Assembly (NCBI RefSeq): GCF_009914755.1
Contig: NC_060928.1
Source: the human T2T-CHM13v2.0 reference genome, Homo sapiens
DNA length: 64,000 nt
Direction: 5' to 3' (one strand)
A program made the translations under genes and the position numbers. Under the pieces are notes generated by a model that made no database searches, was not told the DNA's origin, and saw nothing but the letters and a program-made list of their open reading frames with translations. This document shows, piece by piece, positions 1-12,420 of this stretch (positions within the stretch are counted from its first letter, which is position 1; each line of letters starts with the position of its first letter).

Positions 1-420
1 ATGTCCATAAAACTTTGGCAGGCTAAATTGCTGGCTTGTCTGTGGGATAAAAATCACAGAACCTCCACAGTTCTAAACACTGGAAACAACTGTTAAGATT
101 CAGGCTCCTCAGACTGAACTTTAGTTCAGACTCTGAGATCGTCAGTGTTCTTTACTGTCTATAAATGACATTTTCAACAAATTATCACATCTGATTTCCA
201 TGGAAAAGTACATATGAATTTTAAACTGTTTGCTCTATTTAAATTAAATAGAAAGTATTATTTTCTTTCCATTTGAGTATTATTACTTAGAGTGTAGTCT
301 TTCACTCATTTGCTTTTGTCATATTTAAAACTCATAGAAACAGACATTTATAGGATACTCAAATTACAAGTCTGCTTTCATGTCTAGATTTTTGCCTGGC
401 AACACTGTACACAACATCAA

Positions 421-533
421 CCCTCCTTTCCTCCTTCCTTGCTTTCCTCCTTTTCCTCCCTCTCTCCCTCCCTTTCTCCCTCCCTCCCTTCCTTCTTTCC
501 TTCCTTCCTTCTTTTTCCTTTCATTCTCTCTCC
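421..533. repeat. CT-rich polypyrimidine low-complexity tract ((CCTT)n/(CCCT)n-like)
   Basis: About 110 nt almost purely C/T: ccctcctttcctccttcctt...ttccttccttct. Confidence 0.9.
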
Positions 534-2390
534 ATAAAAATAAATCAACTTTTTAATACTTCTGTTAAAGCTATAATGATTTAATAAATATCAAAAGGAT
601 TCTGTAATATTAATGGCACTTTAAAAATCTCTCCCTTAATAGTCAATTTTAAAGTTGATAATGAATGCATTTGTTAAAGATAAAATTATGGGTTTGTGAG
701 AGTCAGATGAATACAATGGGAAAAATCTGTTTTGCAATTATGACAGAAGGCAAAAGCATTAAAGATTAAGAGAGACATCTTTGGAAAAAAAAAATCACTG
801 TGCTTAATTTAACTTGTATTATTAGGAAATAATTATCATACATATTATGCTTTTATTCTCTATATTATAAATGTAGATCAGAGAAATTTTTCAGCATCAG
901 ACACAAACATAATATTTTAATTCTAAAAACTTAGCAATATAGTTTTACAAAAAATAAAGTACATTGTATTCATCTATTTCATTAGAAATTGAATTTCTGA
1001 GCTCAAATACCTCAAGTTCCAAGAAGCACTGTGACAAAAACTATTGAATACATCAAATATCCAAGAAATTGTTATTAATGCTGACATTATTTATACAAAC
1101 TATGATTTCTTCACTCTTACGCTGAAGATTTAAATATACGTATCACCACTAATGCTAAATGAGTTGTAGTATTTGCCAGCTAGTGTCACAACTTCCACAT
1201 TAGTCAGTAAAAGTTTATACAATTAATTATAGTTTCATATTAGAATATTGACATGTGAATTTTTTAAACTTATACTTTATTACTCTTTAATTTAGCATGA
1301 GGCCAACATTTTTAAAAATGCTATAGTAGATTTAATCAGTTAATTTGTGTTGCATTGCTATTTCTTCTAACTAGCTAAGAATGTTTTACTGTTCTTTAGC
1401 TAAGTTTATATAGACTCTTGGACAACATTTCCAGGTTGCTGCTGGTCGAGCACCCTTTCACAGTTCAAGGTTAGTTAGTGTGTATCATTTTTTTCCAATA
1501 GGATTTTACTATAATTTCATATTTACTTGAAAATAATAAAATGCAGGAGTTGAGTCATGTTCTTAGCAACATCCATATCTTTTTACATAATGTAAATTTC
1601 CAAATAACTGTAATTTACCTTCTTTTTGATATAGGGATAATATTAACCATTTTAAAGAAAAATAGAGCTCAGTTATAACTGCATCATCCATCCACCACAC
1701 TAGACAGAAAAAAATTTCAAACTTAACAACAAAACATAACACAATTTTGTTGGGAATATATTCAGATTATGCATTAAAGCCAACATTGAAGATCAAGACA
1801 TTTTATTTTCCCCTTTCTGCAGTTTACTAACTTATTTTAAGATAATTTTACTAACAGTACTTCACTATTCTTAGGGCATATCATGAGAAATAAGCAGAAT
1901 ATAAGGTGCTAGGTTCAATAATATTTCACCTCAGTGGAGGAAATGATGATTTTCAACTGTGATAGAGGCAAGCAGCTGGTCCTAGCCCTAAGAACAGCAG
2001 CCTCCTAACAGAAAAAGCTAAGGCAAAAATTTTCATAAGAAAGTACAAACAACAAAAACAGACTGTAGTCACTTTCTTTCCTCCTATTTGGTGATCATTC
2101 AGTCCACGGAATTTGTCATGACTGGCACTGTCTGGGCTAGCAATGGCATCTACAAGAGCCATCATAATAGCATGCAAACCTTGCAATGCTGTCATTGTTT
2201 CTAAGGAAATGCAAATACATGGATCCTCATGAATTTCTAAGAATGAGGGCTGCTTATAAAGTAGCTCTCAAGTGAGGCATTTGCTTTTAATTTTTAATGC
2301 CTGTAACAACCATGACTATGAAATGGATGTAAAAACAGGTGAAAACTAGAAATAAAAGACTGTAGTATAGATTTTTACAAAATATTTGGC

Positions 2391-2588
2391 TTTTTTTTTT
2401 TGACAAAGTCTCGCTCTGTTGCCGTCTGGAGTGCAGTGTGGCATGATCTTGGCTCACTGCAACCTCCGCCTCCTGGATTCAAGCGATTCTACTGCCTCAG
2501 CTTCCTAAGTAGCTGGGATTACAAGCAGGCACCACCATTCCCAGTTAATTTTTTGTATTTTTAGTAGAGATGGGGTTTCACTATGTTG
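2391..2588 (-). mobile_element. AluS, 5'-truncated (right monomer plus part of left)
   Basis: poly-T then gacaaagtctcgctctgttgcc...ctcactgcaacctccgcctcctgg...tttttgtatttttagtagagatggggtttcactatgttg, ending abruptly. Confidence 0.93.
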
Positions 2589-2830
2589 TGTCCTTTTCTT
2601 TCAATCTATTTTGTTAAATTAAAGCTTCTTCAATCTTCTTCCCCCTGTCCCTGACAATTCCTGCAGTAGTGCAAGGAAGAGAGTTCTTTAAGTTAGAGAG
2701 TTCTTTAAAGCATAAGCAAGGAGGGATACAGTGACCCAAAATAATAACACTCTAAGTATATTCATTAATTCACTTTTAATTTATCATCTAATTGTGAGCA
2801 AGTTGGCATACATTTTCTATTCAATGGAAT

Positions 2831-3822
2831 TGTTACAATAGGTAGCTAGTCAGGCATGAGCAGGGCATGAGAGGGCTTCCCCTAGCCTTGTACCAGGAAT
2901 GCCAGGCAACCATCAGGTGATGGTCAGGGAGTTGTTAACTGCCTTTCTAAAATAATAATTGGTAGCAGCTGGCACCAGGGAAAAGCAGTCTCCCAATGGA
3001 CAGAAAAATTCTGAAGCTGATCAGCAGTTTCCTGATAAGATCTCAGGAGTTGGGCTAGTGGGCTCAAGCATGCCCATTGAGAGGCAAAGTGTATGACATC
3101 TCAGAGACATTTAACTGGTAAGGGAAGAATGACTCAAGTGAGCATGCGTGCAACTCCAGTAAACACACTGTGCATGCACCCCTCCCACATGCTAGGAGTC
3201 CAAGCTCATGCACACAGCCTACCCCAAGGGAAGAATCAGGGAATAAGGCATGCAAGATCCTGCAAGCATGCCAACATACAAAAACCCAAGTCAGGGCCGG
3301 GCATGGTGGCTCACACCTATAATCCCAGCACTTTGGGAGGCTGAGGCGGGCGGATTACGAGGTCAAGAGATGGAAACCATCCTGGCCAACAGGGTGAAAC
3401 CCTGTCTCTACTAAAAATACAAAAGTTAGGGGGGCTTCGTGATGGGCGCCTGTAATCCCAGCTGTTCAGGAGGCTGACGCAGGAGAATTGCTTGAACCCA
3501 GGAGGCGGAGGTTGCACGTTTGCAGTGAGCTGAGATCGCGTCACTGAACTCCAGTCTGGTGACAGAGAGAGACTCCCTCAAAAAAAAAAAAAAAAAAAAA
3601 AATTCAAGTCGGAAGGTCAAATTGCACACTTGATCTCCCAAGTTGCCCACTTGGCCCTCTTCCAGCTGTTCTTTCATTACTTCTGGTCCTGCTCTAAAGC
3701 TTTTTAATAAACTGTCATTCCTGTTCTAAAACTTGCCTTCTGCTTTATTCCCCTCAGTCAAAATTTTCCTTCTGAGGAGGCAAGAATTGAGGTTGCTGCA
3801 GACCCGTACAGCTTCAGTAGCA
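2831..3822 (+). mobile_element. MER50 solo LTR (ERV1), interrupted by an Alu
   Basis: Starts tgttacaataggtagctagtcaggcatgagcagggc, matching recalled MER50 (ccatcaggtgatggtcagg, ctaaaataataattgg, gataagatctcaggagttggg). AATAAA near 3706, end ...gacccgtacagcttcagtagCA. 4-bp TSD gaat at 2827-2830 and 3823-3826. Confidence 0.88.
3295..3602 (+). mobile_element. Full-length AluSc inserted in MER50
   Basis: ggccgggcatggtggctcac...; Sc-type gaggtcaagagatggaaaccatcctggccaac; long poly-A; degenerate TSD aaaacccaagtcag / aaaattcaagtcgg. Confidence 0.93.
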
Positions 3823-3934
3823 GAATACTACACATAGAAAAATCCCAAAACTATTTATAAGACCTAGACATGACATTTTTACTCTTTTTACCTCAGTTTC
3901 ATCTTCTCCAAAATAAAAGGCTTCATCTAGATGA

Positions 3935-3978
3935 TTATCTAAAACATCTGCTTATCTAAAACATCTGCTTATCTAAAA
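3935..3978. repeat. 17-bp tandem repeat (ttatctaaaacatctgc) x about 2.6
   Basis: ttatctaaaacatctgc ttatctaaaacatctgc ttatctaaaa read directly. Confidence 0.9.
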
Positions 3979-4109
3979 TAGAAAATAATTCAAGTAAATT
4001 TCCCTGTACAAAAAGAATTAAAATAATAATCTACTCTAAATTTGAAACTATTCTTATTGTATACACACATTCACTTATCTTCCATTCCATTTTGCAGGTA
4101 TGACAACAA

Positions 4110-4292
4110 TTAATAATAACCAAAATGTATTGCATGTTTGCCTTGTTTCAACTATTGTTCTGAACACATTACATGTTTGATTTTGTAATTCTCACAATAG
4201 CCCTATGAGGCAAATATGATGATGATGATGATGGAATTTTACAAATGAGGAAGAGAAAGTTCTGTTTGCTCAAGGTCAAACAACTAGTGAAT
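4110..4292 (-). mobile_element. MIR
   Basis: aattctcacaatagccctatgagg...attttacaaatgaggaag...tttgctcaaggtcaaacaactagtga is the reverse MIR core; contains a short (GAT)n. Confidence 0.75.
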
Positions 4293-5476
4293 ATAAATAA
4301 AATATTTAGCAACTTTATTCTGTAATAAACTCATAATTCTACATCTTGTCAAGACTGATCAAACAAAGGCAAGCATCTCACTGTTTGCATTTCTATTATC
4401 ATTACCAGAGTCCATTCTTTTAGAGATTTCCTTTGTCAAAGTTAAGGGTAAGAGACAAAATAAAACATAAGAAAGGAAAAGTCAGAAGAAAAAGGGGAGA
4501 CAGTTTTGTCATTAAAAATAAAATAAAATTCATATATGGATGCCAAACAACGATGTCAAACAATATAGTTTTTAATAGAATGAATATAGTTTTAAATATA
4601 ACAAGCTTCCAAAGGTCTGGCAATTAGAAATCATTAGTGGTTTTGGTGTGAGAAGGTTCACTAGTGTAGCTGATAGGAAAGGACACTGAAATTAATTGAC
4701 TAGCAAATACAAGGGGAAAGAACATGGGAAAATCTAATGTTTCTTTAAGATATTAATAAAGAGAAGTGAGATCGTATATCAGGGGTAATTGTAAAGCATT
4801 TGGCTGGTTTAGTTTTTCTTAAGATGTAGATGTCTTGACCCAACATGTAGTTCAAAAAGAAAGTTGCTAACCTGGAAGAAAACTTTAAGATAGACAGTTT
4901 TGAACAAATACAAAGAAAGTGTTTTGGAGGCAGAAAATCAGTTTATTTTCTCAGAATCATTAAAAATACAAAAGAAGATCAAAAAAAAGGGAATGAGGAA
5001 ATATAAAGCTGACTAAGAAGGAAGCTCACAATCAAGTGTTCCTGCAGGAAGTAGACTGAGTCAGCTGCTGAAGATGAAATTAAGATGGGGTAGAGGAGTG
5101 GCATATTAATTTGTACGTTCTCCTTGTTCACACACAGAAGAAATGTGTTTCTTAAGCCTTTTATTTCAGATACATGTACTTAAATTTCCCACTTTTGTAT
5201 GAGGACTGATGTTATAAAGCAAAATATTGATGGATATATTTATAACACAGTATGGGTTAGAACATTATTTAATCATGAAAATCAGTGACCTGAGTAGTAA
5301 CAAAGTTGAGAGCAAAATACTAAAGAAATGAAAAGAAAAAAAAGATACATCCTCAGAATGATACTAGTCAAGAAATTCAAAGCTGGGTAAATTGATTAAA
5401 GCATTTAATGATTGCTTATTTAGCAATGTAGCAGTTCTATAAGGAAAAAAGAAAGAAAAGAAAAGAAAAAAAATCT

Positions 5477-5813
<337 letters not shown>

Positions 5814-6539
5814 TTAACTTAACTGCTCATTAATATGCTGCAACAGAGAAGTTACTTTGTGAGGAAACTGGAAGTTACAAAATGAATAAGACAATAACTT
5901 TGCCCTCAAGTGGACTGCAATTTGTATCAATTTACTTATTTATTTATATTTTATCCCGGAGCAAATTAACATTATTGATAATACTATTAAAATTAAGACA
6001 GATTTTAATATAAGTTTTTTTCCCCCACTTAAATCGCAGGAGAAAGGGCTTAAGACCCTGAAAAAAAAAATTTATAGGAAAATTTCCCCAAAAGGTAAGC
6101 ACAATAAAAAGTCAAAAGGAGGTACGGGCTGAAGAATGACTTCCTGCAATGTGTAATTTCAAGGTCAGTCTGCAGTACATTTTCTGGATGATGTAAACTT
6201 GCACCTTAAAGAGGAGTAGAATTTGAACATACAGACACAGGATAAATATTTTAAGTTGAAAAAATGTTATGCAGAAAATTATAGTTATAAGAAAGTATTA
6301 GGCTCATGTAGCCAAATTTACAGAATTCTATCATGCTGAAGGACAGGATGTGAGAAAGTAACTCAATGCCGGAATGAAAGATGGGTTAAAGAGTTTAGAC
6401 ATTATTTAGAGTATGGATTTCAATGGATTTCTTTTTCAACCAAGAATGAATGCTACATGAGACCTGTGTATCAAGTGTTATCCCCTTTTGGGTGTTTTCC
6501 CTGGTCTTTCTTTCTTCAAGGTAAACTTAAGTTAAATTT

Positions 6540-6730
6540 TTAGGTTTATTTTAGCAGTATATACTTCTATCTATCATAACATTTACCCATGATACTATAA
6601 TTATCTGTTTGCCTACGAGATTCTACCACTGCTAAAAAGCAAAGATTAATCTTTACTTATCTCTAATTTCCAAGTATTGTGTGCAGCACTCAGTATATTG
6701 CAGAATTCAATATATTTTAATTAAATTGAG
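6540..6730 (+). mobile_element. L2 3'-end fragment (degenerate)
   Basis: ttatctgtttgcct...tttccaagtattgtgtgcagcactcagtatattgcagaattcaatatattttaattaaattga resembles the L2 3' terminus. Confidence 0.4.
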
Positions 6731-7217
6731 AATCTATCTATATATAAGATGATTATTAAAAACAACAGAAGTGTGAAAGAATTGGGGTGAGAAGAAAAAG
6801 TTTCATCCCTAGATGGTGACTTTTACTATTCTCTAGTCTACCAGTGTGGACAGTGGTAGCTGAAGTGAGCCAGGAAAATACTCATGCAGGAAAGAAATAA
6901 GGATGACCAAATTCAGATATAAAGAAGTTGAAAAGAGAGTGACTTGGTCAGGATAGTTTGCTATACAAATTAAAAAAAAAAAAAGATGGTTAAGATGAAA
7001 TTCTCTGGGTAACATGGCAAGTAATAACTTCTGTAATCAACTTTAGAACACAAGTTTAGTGTATTTATTGTCCAAAATGTGATCTCAGCATGTACAGCAT
7101 GTGCCAGCCATTAAAAAGAAAGGCAAAAAATTGTATTATTATTGTTGATAGTGTAGTTCCTTTCAAACACTCAAAATTTCTCCTAATTTCAATTATTATG
7201 TATCATATAAGCCTGTT

Positions 7218-8065
7218 ATTTTTTATTATGATAAAAAATGCATTACTTTAACTTTACCGTCTTAACCATTTTTAAGTATACAGTTTAGTAGTAATGATAT
7301 TCACATTGCTGTGCAACAGAGCTGTAGAACTACGTATCTTGCAAAACTGAAACTATACCCATTAAACACTCATTCACCTTTCCCTCTTCTCTCAGGCCTT
7401 GGCAACCACCTTTCTACTTTCCAATTCTATAATTTTTAACCACTTTAGATACTTCATGTAAGTGAAAGCATACAGTATTGTTCTTTTGTGACTGGCTTAG
7501 TTCACTTAGCATAATGTCCTTGAGGTTTATTTTTGTGGCAGCCTGTGCTTCTTTTGAAGTCTGCGAGATTCTCCATTGTATGTATATACCACATTTTCTT
7601 TATCCAGTCATTGGTCAATGAACATTTTGGTTGCTTTTACCTCTCGGCTATTGTGAATAATGCTGCAAGAACATGGATCTTCAAATATGACTTCAAGATT
7701 CTGCTCTGAATTCTTTTTGATATAGACACAAAAGTCGGATTGCTCGGTCATATTGTTAATACCATTTTAATTTTTTGTGGAACCTCCATTCTGTTTCCCT
7801 TAATGGCTGTATCATTTTACATTCCCATCAGTGGTGCTCATGGGTTCCAATTTCTCTGTATCCTTGCTAATACTTGCTACATTCTGTTACTTTGATAATG
7901 GCCCTCCTAAGTAAGGTGTGTGAGATGACATTTCATTGTGTTTTTGATTTGCATTTATCTTATGATTCATGATATTAACCACATTTTTATATGCTTGGTG
8001 ACTATTTGTAGATCTTCTTTGGAGAATAACATATTCAAGTCTTTTGCCCAATTTTAAAACTGGAT
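7218..8065 (-). mobile_element. L1MB2/L1MB3-like 3' end
   Basis: tttaccgtcttaaccatttttaagtatacag...gcaaaactgaaactatacccattaaac...ggctattgtgaataatgctgc...tcttctttggagaa...cttttgccca. Confidence 0.88.
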
Positions 8066-8324
8066 AGCTTATGACATTTTTATCTAAGAAAAAATTGGCA
8101 GTTGTGCCAAAGGCCGATTCTCATGGGGAATGAAGTCACTTTCTGAAAGGAAGTTTGTAGAGCATATGCGGCAGCTGTTCCCTCCTCTTGCTACCTCACT
8201 CTCTATAAATTCAAAAGGCATCTAGAATTTCTGCAGCAAATTTTTTGAAGGATAGCTAAGACTTTTGAAGGACTGGTTATGAACGAGCCACAAAAGTGTC
8301 TTGTGAATGTTCAAATTATCCTAG

Positions 8325-8691
<367 letters not shown>

Positions 8692-9689
8692 TTTTCTGTT
8701 TATTTTAATGTAAAACATGCAAAATGCATTCTAACAGCCACCTCTGCCATTGGCAATTATTACTTCAATTGTATTTCAAAATATCAAACCTATAAATATA
8801 CCATTAGAAATGAAGAATCTTACATGACTGTTCCCTGAAGCTTTTCTTCGGTAGTACATTATTGTCAGAAAATACATAAGGTCTGAATCTTGACATTTGA
8901 AGGATCAGTAATTGTTGCTATCAAAATCAGGTTATGACCCAGGACAGCCACAGCCAGAGAACACTCACATAATAGCATCATAAGGCTCAATGTCACAATG
9001 ATCTGGGAAGGGCAACTAGCCATAGGCACTGCTATTTGGTTCAGAGAAGCACCAATTAATTCGACTGCTCTCTGATCCACTTGAAGAACTCAGCTGGAAA
9101 TCAAACAAAGCCAACCTAAAAAAAAACGTCTAACACTAGAGGTATGTTGTGTGTTCTTTCAAGTAGACTATATTTTAGACTCTAGAACTGAGGGTCATAA
9201 CTCCTGTATCTCTCTCTTTTCATAGAATTAGAGTTTGTCAAAGGTGTTAAAAATAAAATGAGTGTGAATGTCCTACAAGGTTTATGAGAAAGTTCAGAAG
9301 GAAAGTAAAGAAAGACTAAGCAGCAAGACTTTTAGGTAAGAGTAATAATAACAACAATATGAAAAATGAAAGCTTTCATCCTCATCCTCATTGGTTCTCA
9401 CTCTTCCTCTTGGAAATCAAATTTGCATGTGACTTACATTTTAATAAGAATGGCTGTTAAAAAAATTCACATTCATATTTTGAGTAAAAAGATTGGTGGA
9501 ATTAAAAACTAATTTAAAAACTGATTTTTGAATATTTAACAAAATCCTAAGAATCTCTCCATTTCCTAAATGCCTTTCAAAGATAATGCCATATATATGA
9601 CCCCTCTCTCATGCTATTAGAAACGTACATATGGCAATGTCACACATTAACAGTTGTACCCTAAGGCCACTTCCTAGAAATTAAATTAT

Positions 9690-10375
9690 TTTCCTCATCA
9701 GACACAATGTTGTGTTTCTTCCAAACTCCAAGTGATTCCTGAGAGTAGGATAAAGTTCTACAGTGTTGCTGGTCTTCTAGAAGCTCGGGTATTTCTACTC
9801 TGTAGCACGGACAGGAAATCCAAACACAAAGAAAGAAGAATGGTATTGTGATCTCACTGAGTTTGGGAAACAGATTATAGTTGAGGGAAGCTGAGGTGGC
9901 TAGAATTTGCAGATCACAGTACCAACCAACTGAAGTGAAGCTGGGAACATGTTTCAGAAATCTGCATGAAGTAAACTTGAGTCTTCTGTTGAATACTAGG
10001 CTGAGCATTGGGAAGGAGAATTTCCACAAGGCCAGACAATGAAGACCTATGAGGAGCTATAACCAAAGAAATACCTGAAGGTCACAAAGGGTTGGTAGAC
10101 ATTTTAGTTCCAACTAAGCAGACTGGGGGAAACATATTGAAAATCAACGCAGATTCAATAGAACCTGCAGAAAATTTATATCTTCAGAGTAAAGCTAAAC
10201 TAACCAAAAAGGAAAATCTATGTCTTCCAAACAAACATCAAAAACAAGAGTTTGAAAGGCTGAAGCTGATCCACAGGTAACTTAACTGGCTGTCAAAACA
10301 AAAATCAACACATTTTAAAGGACGATTATACCATCCAGGCATTCAATAGCTAACATTCACCAAGTCCAGCTCTCA
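9690..10375 (+). mobile_element. Old L1M (L1ME/L1MD-type) 5' region
   Basis: gaatactaggctgagcattgggaaggagaatttccacaaggccag...ctgatccacaggtaacttaactggctgtcaaaacaaaaatcaacac...aacattcaccaagtccagc. Confidence 0.55.
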
Positions 10376-10379
10376 ATAA

Positions 10380-12420
10380 ATTAGAAAAAGATATATAGAA
10401 AACCTCAAGTATTTAGAAATTTAGCAACATATCTTGAATAACTCACTCATAATGAAATGCCTCACCAAATAAGCAGTATAGTGAACTTTTCTTAGTGTGA
10501 TGAAGGGAAACAATTAAAAACCTACAGCTAACATATACATAATTGAATGACATAACACTTTCCCCCTGTGATTATGAAAAAGTCTACTATAATCCCTTTC
10601 ACAACCTCAATTCAACATTAGAGAAGATGCCACAGCACACACAATAAGGGGGAAAAAAATACAAGGCATAAATCTTAGAAAGAACGAGAAAATCCCTCTG
10701 TTAATTCACAAAAAAAAAAACAGGATCATGGTTACAGGTTAGGTTTCCTAAGAAGCAGATCCTTAGATGGATTTTAGTATGCAGAAACTTTTTTGAGGAA
10801 ACAGCTCTCAAATCAATATCTATGAAGGGGAGTTCCAGGAAATAGCACTGGGTTGGAGGATAAACCATCCTGAGATTAAAAAATCAAGAAAGACTTAAGT
10901 AAACCCATGGGATCTGCAGAGTTAAAATGCCATTTTATTAGTTATGACGAGGTGGTCAAACTTTTATACTGCCCCAGGAAGAAGTTTACCTTTAAGCAAA
11001 TTGGACTGACTTCAGCTGAGGCAATGCCTGAAAGAACTTGCCTGACTTGGCCAACTGACTGCCAAGAGCATTCCTAACACCTAGGTAGGAAGTCTTTCAT
11101 TGAAGAATTCTATGGCAGCAATACACAGTGTCCACAGATTAAGTATAGAACATCCAAAATGATGTATAGAAAAAGATTACTAGAACTATTGAACATGAGC
11201 TTAGCTAAGTCAAGTGATACATGATTTATATATAGCCATCAACTGTTTTGCTATATACTAGCAATGAACAATTTAGAAAGTAAAATGTAAAATATAATCC
11301 AAAATGCTATTTAGAATTAGGAAACATTTAGGTATTTATTTAAAAAAGTGTATGTAAAATACCTACACAGAAAGCTATACATTTTTTGCTAGAAACCGAT
11401 AAAGAACTACTAAATGTAGAAATATATCATGTACACAGATGGAAAATCTCAATAATATTTTCAGTTTTTTTTTTCCAGATGATCTATAGATTCAATGCAA
11501 CCCCAGTCAAAATCCAGGCAGACTTTATTTTTCTTTTACATTTGACAAATGATTCTAAAATTTGTACAGCAAAGGAAACAATATAAAATAGCCAAAGCAC
11601 TTCTGGAAAAACAAATGGGAAGACTGGCGTTGCCTGATTTAAACACTTAGCCTAAGACTAGAGTAATCAAGAGAGTTAGGTCTTGGCATAAGAAGATACA
11701 TGTAGATAGATTAAATGTATAGAGTTCAGAAAAAGATACACATATATATGGTAGTTGATTATTTTTTAGCAAAAATACTAGCATAAAAATGGAGAAATGA
11801 TCATCAACTTTACAAGTAATGCTGTAAATACTGGATGTATTTGTGGGGAAAATTAATCTCAACCTTTACCTCATAATATATAAGTTGAAATGAATTATAG
11901 ACCTAAACACAAAGGCAAAAACTGTAAAATTTCTAGGTGAAATTATAAGAGAAAATCTTTTTGTCCTTTAGTTTGGTAAACATCTCTTAGGTGGAAGACA
12001 ACAAATAAAAACCTAAAATAACACCTCGTCAAGTTAGACATCAACAAAATTTAAAACTTCTGTTTTGTAAAAGACTCCGTGGACACAGAAAAAAAAAAAA
12101 AAAGACAAGCCAGAGACTGGGAGAAATTATTTTCAACATATGTATATTACATTGTACTTATATTCAGATTATATAAATAACTTCAACTCAATAATAAGAA
12201 GACAATGCAACATTTGTAAATGTGCAAACAACTTGAATAAATACTTCACAATAGAAGATTTTCAAATGTCCAACAAGCATATGAAAACATGCTTAGTAAT
12301 ATATGCCATCAGGAAAATATAAATAAAAACCACAATGAGATACAAGTATACACCAAACAGATTGATCTGGGTGTCCAAATTGAGAGTAAGTATATTTAAA
12401 AATTTAGAGTACCTTGTACA
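10380..12420 (+). mobile_element. Decayed L1M ORF2 fragments, interrupted by LTR33
   Basis: aaaaacctacagctaacat, atctatagattcaatgcaaccccagtcaaaatcc, agacaagccagagactgggagaa, aaccacaatgagatac; ORF 11386-11586 has the L1-like IYRFNATPVKI. Confidence 0.85.
10730..11136 (-). mobile_element. LTR33 (ERVL) solo LTR
   Basis: caggttaggtttcctaagaagcagatccttagatggattttagtatgcag...ttcagctgaggcaatgcctg...cacagtgtccaca matches reverse recalled LTR33. Confidence 0.75.

Noticed and set aside
9661-10280. Divergent ORF pair (122 aa minus, 62 aa plus)
   Set aside because: Both overlap an old L1M 5' region and show no coding signature.
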